From an uncultured Fibrobacteria bacterium (GTDB taxonomy: Bacteria; Fibrobacterota; Fibrobacteria; UBA11236), in contig OY970309.1 of the NCBI GenBank assembly GCA_963716395.1, positions 864,001 to 928,000 of the forward strand: a stretch of DNA of 64,000 bases, given 5' to 3'. Position numbers and translations under genes: made by a program. Positions 58,903 to 64,000 of this stretch are shown here, one piece after another (position 1 is the stretch's first letter; every line of letters begins with the position of its first letter). The notes beneath the pieces were generated by a model. That model was not told the DNA's origin, did not search any database, and saw only the letters and a program-made list of their open reading frames with translations.

Positions 58903-59973
58903 CTAGAGTATTTCTACCGGCGATCGCGTCTTTAGCAACTCGATTAATTCCAGCACCCCTTCGCGTGTTAACCATCCCTTCGCATTGGAGCGCGTCGCCT
59001 GCGACAGGCGTTTGACGGCGGCAATTTCCTGGCGGAAAAGGTGTTCGTTGAAACGCGCCAGCGTGAAAAAACTGGAAACGCGGGGATCGCTTTTTTCCAA
59101 GATGGCGTCGGCTTCGGAACGCAAGGCGGCGACTTCGCGGCGCAGGCGCTTGGCATAGGCCTTGAGCGTTGCGATGGGCGTCACGGAGAGATAGGGGCCA
59201 ATGGCATTAAGCGGATTGCGCGCCAAAATATCGAAGAGTCCGTGGAGGTTACGGGCTTGATAGGCCGCGCTAAGCTTCTGCATCCACGCGGTTTTTTCCG
59301 CGCGCAATGCCGGGTCGGTTTCCTTATCGGGATGCAAGGCGCGCGCGAGCAGCAAATACAGCCCGCGCATGTCTCCGAGCAGGGATTGCTCTTGTTCCTC
59401 CGCGCGTTGTTTCGCCTTGGTCTTTGCGCCGGTTCCGCGTTTTTGCTGTCGATAGCGACCGGGATGGTCCTCGGGTTCGGGGCCGGGGCCGGGTTCAAAA
59501 AATCCCATAAACTCATCGAAACTCGCGCCGAATTCTTCGGTGCCGGCCCGGATTTCTTCCCCTTCTTCGTCGCTTAGACATGGCAGCACAAGAAAATCTT
59601 TGCGTAGATCCGAAAGATCCTGATCAAAGTTTTCCTCGAGTTCGAAGATCAACCATTCCACCGCATCGTGGATTTTGGCCGCTTGCCGGGGTTTCATCCA
59701 ACCCGCTTTCAATTGGTTCAGCAAGGCGGTGAGGCAGGCCCGTTTCCACCGAACGACGTTTTCCAGCAAGGGGACGAATTCCGCGGCGAAACGCTCCTGG
59801 GCCTGCACTAAAAGCTTTTCATTGCGCGCGGCCTGTTCCCGGGCCTCGGCGACGCCGCGCATCAGCCGGGACAGTTCGCCAAGAACCTTGGCATGGCCCG
59901 CGGCAGGTGCCGAGTTATCCAATTCGAGGGTTGGCCCAATCGGCACCGGCGTTGAGTCTGACTTCGGATTCAT
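58903..59973 (-). CDS. Helical protein with an internal J-domain
   Basis: LYLLLARALHPDKETDPALRAEKTAWMQKLSAAY (HPD motif) between coiled-coil regions. Confidence 0.8.
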   Translation of the reverse strand: MNPKSDSTPVPIGPTLELDNSAPAAGHAKVLGELSRLMRGVAEAREQAARNEKLLVQAQERFAAEFVPLLENVVRWKRACLTALLNQLKAGWMKPRQAAKIHDAVEWLIFELEENFDQDLSDLRKDFLVLPCLSDEEGEEIRAGTEEFGASFDEFMGFFEPGPGPEPEDHPGRYRQQKRGTGAKTKAKQRAEEQEQSLLGDMRGLYLLLARALHPDKETDPALRAEKTAWMQKLSAAYQARNLHGLFDILARNPLNAIGPYLSVTPIATLKAYAKRLRREVAALRSEADAILEKSDPRVSSFFTLARFNEHLFRQEIAAVKRLSQATRSNAKGWLTREGVLELIELLKTRSPVEIL

Positions 59974-60198
59974 TCCAGAAATAGACCAATTTTCACATCA
60001 AACTTGCAGGACAGATTCCCCGCCTTCCACGCGATGCGTACGTAAATCAAACCCTGTTTTCCGACCATGGCCGTCCGCCCCGGCTTCCACCTACCAATCC
60101 TAGGGCCTCAATGCCAGCACGACTCCCCCATTTTCCTCGCCCTCATTTCACTTTCCCCTGGCAGAATCGCCGCCCGATCCAGCCCAAGACATAGCCCA

Positions 60199-60395
60199 TC
60201 TTTTCTCCCGCAGGGTAGCTTACCGATGACCCAGTATTCGGACTAATCCGGATACTTCGTCCAATCCGTGTTTTCACCTTCGCCGCCCCATCAAGCCCTA
60301 CAGCTTCGGTTTCGTGCGCTTCGGGTTTCACCCTCTTCGGCGGGCCGGTCGGTCCGCCGAAGACGGGATATCAGACCGGAGGGTGAATGAAAAGA
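60199..60395. ncRNA. Candidate structured non-coding RNA, unidentified
   Basis: Complementary ends plus several internal stems in a gap with no credible ORF; no family recognised. Confidence 0.4.
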
Positions 60396-60452
60396 ATCCA
60401 CGGTGAATGGAATTACACAATTCCGTCGCGCCAAAACCGGCCGAAGCGGACC

Positions 60453-60944
60453 CTAAGGTCCGGCCGGCTGCGCTGCGACTTCGCGCGGCGGCAGGCATTG
60501 GGTGTTGTTGCAGGCCTGATAGCGCAACGAGACTTTCACGGTCTTCAAAGCCGCGGCGCTCGGCTTGCCGCCCTTGGCCTTGACCGGCGTGCGAATGTCG
60601 AAGGCGCCTTGGAACAAGGCCACCTTTCCGCCCAAGGCGGGAATCTCCTCGAATTCGGGTTTGGGGTAGACGGGTTGGCCGAAAACCAGACCTTGGCCTT
60701 CGGCATGCAGCACGGTGGGAATCAAAAACGAGTCGAGCGGCGCGAAGGATTGAATGTGCCAGTCTGGGGGCAAAACCACGTGCACCACCAATTGCGACGA
60801 GTCGCCGCGAAAGCTCGGGGGGTCGAAGTGGTAACTCACCTGCGGCGTAATACCGGCACCGGCGGTCCCAACGGTGACAAAACCGGCGATAGAACCGGCG
60901 ACAAAAATGGCGATCGGCGAAATGAGGGCGAAACGAGTCGACAT
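60453..60944 (-). CDS. DsbD N-terminal-domain-like periplasmic protein
   Basis: Signal peptide, WHIQS, LIPT, VYPKP, YQACNNTQCLPP; AGGAG RBS. Confidence 0.85.
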   Translation of the reverse strand: MSTRFALISPIAIFVAGSIAGFVTVGTAGAGITPQVSYHFDPPSFRGDSSQLVVHVVLPPDWHIQSFAPLDSFLIPTVLHAEGQGLVFGQPVYPKPEFEEIPALGGKVALFQGAFDIRTPVKAKGGKPSAAALKTVKVSLRYQACNNTQCLPPREVAAQPAGP

Positions 60945-61036
60945 GCTTTCTCCTGGCTGCGGAATTCAATTTACATGTCCGCTCCGGACCGGCCACGACA
61001 TTGACAGCGTGATCCGGAGCATCGTATCTTCGCCCC

Positions 61037-62380
61037 ATGTCCGGTCTCATGCGTTCGGTGTCGGGTATCCGTGGCGTGGTCGGTCCGGAATTCAATCCCG
61101 TTGTAGTGGCGGAATACGTCAACGTCTTGGTGGGCCAGCTCGGCGCCAAAAAAGTGGTGGTGGGCCGCGATACCCGTCCCACTGGCGCCATGATCGAGGC
61201 CGCCGTGGCCGCGGCCTTGCAGGCTTCGGGCGCCCAAGCCATCCTGCTGGGCATGGCATCGACGCCCACGGTGGAAATGGCGGTGCTGCAGCAAGGCGCC
61301 GACGCTGGCATCATCATCACCGCGTCGCATAACCCCGCGGAATGGAATGCGCTCAAATTTCTGAACGCCGAGGGTATTTTTCTCGACGAAGAAGAGGTGC
61401 GCCGCCTCTTCGCGTCCGTGGACGCGCGTCAGTTTCATTGGCAAGGCCATACCGGCATCGGTTCGCTGCGATCCGAGGCGGGAGCCGACGAGGGCCATTT
61501 GCGCGCCATTCTGGATTTGCCCTTAATCGATGTCGCTGCCATCCGCCGCCGCGCCTTCAAGGTCGCCTACGACGGGGTCAACGGCGCCGGCAGTTTGATC
61601 CTCCCGCGCTTGCTGCGCGAACTCGGGTGCACGGTCGAAGCCCTGCATGTGACGCCCGACGGCTGCTTTCCCCATAACCCCGAACCCACGCCCGAAAACC
61701 TGGCCGATCTCGCGCGCCGCGTGCGCGAGCAAAACTGCGATCTGGGATTCGCCACCGATCCCGACGCCGACCGCTGCGCCTTGGTCGACGAGCACGGCAC
61801 GGCCATCGGCGAAGAATACACGCTGGCCCTGGCGGTCGACTTCATGCTGCGCCGCCGGAAGGGCCCGGTGACCATCAACCTTTCCACCAGCCGCATGAAC
61901 GAAGATTTGGCCGCGCGCTACGGGGTGCCGCTGACGCGCACCAAGGTGGGCGAAATCAATGTCGCGAAAGCCATGCAGGCGAACGGCAGCGTGATCGGCG
62001 GCGAAGGCAACGGCGGCGTCATCCTGCCGGATTTGCATTACGGCCGCGACGGCATTCTGGCCGCAGCCTTGATCCTTCAGTCTTTGACCGAACGCGGCGG
62101 CGCGCTTTCCCAACTGGTGGCGGAAATTCCCGCCTACCACATCGACAAGCGCAAATTCGCGGTGGCCGGCAAAGACCCGCAGCGCATTTACGCGCAACTG
62201 GAAAAGACCTTCTCCGATGCCGAAATCGATCGCCGCGACGGGTTGCGCTTCGCCTGGCCCAGGCGCTGGGTGCATGTACGCCCGTCGAACACCGAACCCG
62301 TATTGCGCGTCCTCGCCGAAGCGCCTACGCCGCAGGCCGCAGCGGAACTATGCGCCGCCGTGGAACAGGAGTTGGGATGA
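61037..62380 (+). CDS. glmM: Phosphoglucosamine mutase / phosphohexomutase
   Basis: SVSGIRG, TASHNP, DPDADR, GGEGNGG, RPSNTEP; lies directly upstream of glmS. Confidence 0.85.
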   Translation: MSGLMRSVSGIRGVVGPEFNPVVVAEYVNVLVGQLGAKKVVVGRDTRPTGAMIEAAVAAALQASGAQAILLGMASTPTVEMAVLQQGADAGIIITASHNPAEWNALKFLNAEGIFLDEEEVRRLFASVDARQFHWQGHTGIGSLRSEAGADEGHLRAILDLPLIDVAAIRRRAFKVAYDGVNGAGSLILPRLLRELGCTVEALHVTPDGCFPHNPEPTPENLADLARRVREQNCDLGFATDPDADRCALVDEHGTAIGEEYTLALAVDFMLRRRKGPVTINLSTSRMNEDLAARYGVPLTRTKVGEINVAKAMQANGSVIGGEGNGGVILPDLHYGRDGILAAALILQSLTERGGALSQLVAEIPAYHIDKRKFAVAGKDPQRIYAQLEKTFSDAEIDRRDGLRFAWPRRWVHVRPSNTEPVLRVLAEAPTPQAAAELCAAVEQELG

Positions 62381-62467
62381 AAGGAAAATTGCCGGCGTCG
62401 ATCCGAAAATTTGCCCCGCGCGTGAAAAGCCGCCTCCGGCCGGCACCGAATTGCATTTTTTTCTGAT

Positions 62468-64000
62468 ATGTGCGGCATCATCGCCTATACCGGTTCGCGC
62501 CAGGCGGCTCAGATTCTGCTGGACGGGCTGCACAAGCTTGAATACCGCGGGTATGACAGCGCGGGCCTGTGCGTGCAAACCGATCATCATCTCGATTTGG
62601 TGCGGGCCAAAGGCAAACTTTCCGAACTCGAAACCGCGCTGCACTCCCATCCGTTGCGGGGCACCGCGGGCATCGGGCACACCCGCTGGGCTACCCACGG
62701 CGCGCCCTCGGTGCAAAATGCGCATCCGCATCTCAGCATGAACGGCAAAATCGCGGTGGTGCACAACGGCATCATCGAGAACTATGCCTTGATCAAGGAA
62801 ATGCTGAAGCAGGAGGGCGTGACCTTCCGGTCCGAAACCGATACCGAAGTCATCGCGCACCTGATCGCCAAATTCTACCGCGGCAGTCTGGCCCGGGCCG
62901 TGGCCGAGGCCATGACGCATTTGGGCGGCGCCTTCGGCATCGTGGCCATCGCGGCCGACGAACCCGGCGTGCTGGTGGGCGCGCGCCGCGGCAGCCCGCT
63001 GGTGTTGGGAATGGGGGAACACGAATTCTTTCTGGCTTCGGACGCGTCCGCCGTGGTGGAACATACCCAGAAAGTGGTGTACCTCAACGACAACGACATG
63101 GTCGAGGTGAACGGCGGCTACCGCATCACCAACCAGGCGCAAACCGAAGTACACCGCGAAGTGCAGAACCTCGACATTCGCGCCGACCAGGTGGCCAAAG
63201 GAGACTTTCCCCACTTCATGCTCAAGGAGATTTTCGAGCAACCCGCGACGGTGATCAATTCTTTACGCGGCCGGCTGCTGCCCGACTTCGGCACGGCCAA
63301 CCTGCAAGGCCTCAATCTCCTGACCCCGGAGTTGCGCAGCATTGAGCGCATCATCATTGTGGCCTGCGGTACCTCATTCTATGCCGGCAAGGTGGGCGAA
63401 TACATCATCGAGGATTTGAGCGGCATTCCCGTCGAAGTCGAGTACGCGTCGGAGTTCCGTTACCGCAACCCCATCATCAACCCCAAAACCATCGTGTTCG
63501 CGATTTCGCAGTCCGGCGAAACCGCCGATACCTTGGCGGCGTTGCGCGAAGCCAAGCAAAAAGGCGCCACCGTGCTCGGCATCTGCAACGTGGTGGGCAG
63601 CAGCATCGCGCGCGAAACCGACGGCGGCGTGTATCTGCACGCCGGGCCCGAAATCGGCGTGGCCTCGACCAAGGCCTTCACCTCGCAGGTTACGGTACTC
63701 ACCTTGATCGCCCTGCTGTTGGGCCGCATGCGCCGCATCAGCCAGGACGACGGCCGGCGTATCTGTGAAGCACTACAATCCATTCCCGCGCAAATCGAGG
63801 AGATCCTCAAACAAAACCAGGCCATCGCCGCCATCGCCGCGCATTACAAGGATCACCATAACTTTCTGTACCTGGGCCGCGGCTACAATTATCCCGTGGC
63901 GCTTGAAGGCGCGCTGAAGCTCAAGGAAATCTCCTACATCCATGCCGAAGGCTATCCCGCCGCGGAAATGAAGCACGGGCCCATCGCGCTGATCGATCGC
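62468..64000 (+). CDS. glmS: Glutamine--fructose-6-phosphate aminotransferase (partial, runs off the right edge)
   Basis: MCGIIAY, LEYRGYDSAG, GHTRWATHG, HNGIIEN, SQSGETADT, GVASTKAFT, EGALKLKEISY. Confidence 0.97.
   Translation, partial: MCGIIAYTGSRQAAQILLDGLHKLEYRGYDSAGLCVQTDHHLDLVRAKGKLSELETALHSHPLRGTAGIGHTRWATHGAPSVQNAHPHLSMNGKIAVVHNGIIENYALIKEMLKQEGVTFRSETDTEVIAHLIAKFYRGSLARAVAEAMTHLGGAFGIVAIAADEPGVLVGARRGSPLVLGMGEHEFFLASDASAVVEHTQKVVYLNDNDMVEVNGGYRITNQAQTEVHREVQNLDIRADQVAKGDFPHFMLKEIFEQPATVINSLRGRLLPDFGTANLQGLNLLTPELRSIERIIIVACGTSFYAGKVGEYIIEDLSGIPVEVEYASEFRYRNPIINPKTIVFAISQSGETADTLAALREAKQKGATVLGICNVVGSSIARETDGGVYLHAGPEIGVASTKAFTSQVTVLTLIALLLGRMRRISQDDGRRICEALQSIPAQIEEILKQNQAIAAIAAHYKDHHNFLYLGRGYNYPVALEGALKLKEISYIHAEGYPAAEMKHGPIALIDR

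Noticed and set aside
58701-59015. 104-aa plus-strand ORF after the WYL gene
   Set aside because: Spans the REP-like element, overlaps the J-domain gene and has no recognisable motif.
62381-62467. glmS ribozyme upstream of glmS
   Set aside because: The gap is only 87 bp and lacks the conserved AGCGCC/GACGAGG core.

Overview
A GC-rich bacterial chromosomal segment, most likely Fibrobacterota (inferred from a TIGR02147-like gene and lineage-style lipoproteins). Housekeeping genes: mutS, a cyclophilin, lepA, cysDNC, hsp20, lipA, a plsC-like acyltransferase, rpsU, rimO, glmM and a partial glmS. There are three accessory areas. (1) 1.7-13.9 kb: a ~2650-aa secreted TPR protein with an ~815-aa internal duplication, flanked by two paralogous lipoproteins and a TIGR02147-like putative regulator; two AT-rich upstream regions share a TGATTACAAA motif. 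(2) 27.7-31.6 kb: a sigma54 two-component system with a consensus -24/-12 promoter, a perfect palindrome and two small periplasmic proteins. (3) 46-60.4 kb: a complete type I-C CRISPR-Cas locus with several additions: a divergent WYL regulator with two candidate GTYTCA-N5-TGAGAC operators, an antisense UPF0175/DUF3368 PIN toxin-antitoxin pair between cas3 and cas5, a Bro-N gene coupled between cas7 and cas4, a Cas7 with a large insertion, and an internal Cas11 start. It is followed by a J-domain gene and an unidentified ~200-nt structured element. Most central CRISPR spacers look like assembly-consensus artefacts. All family calls come from motif recognition by eye; no searches were run.
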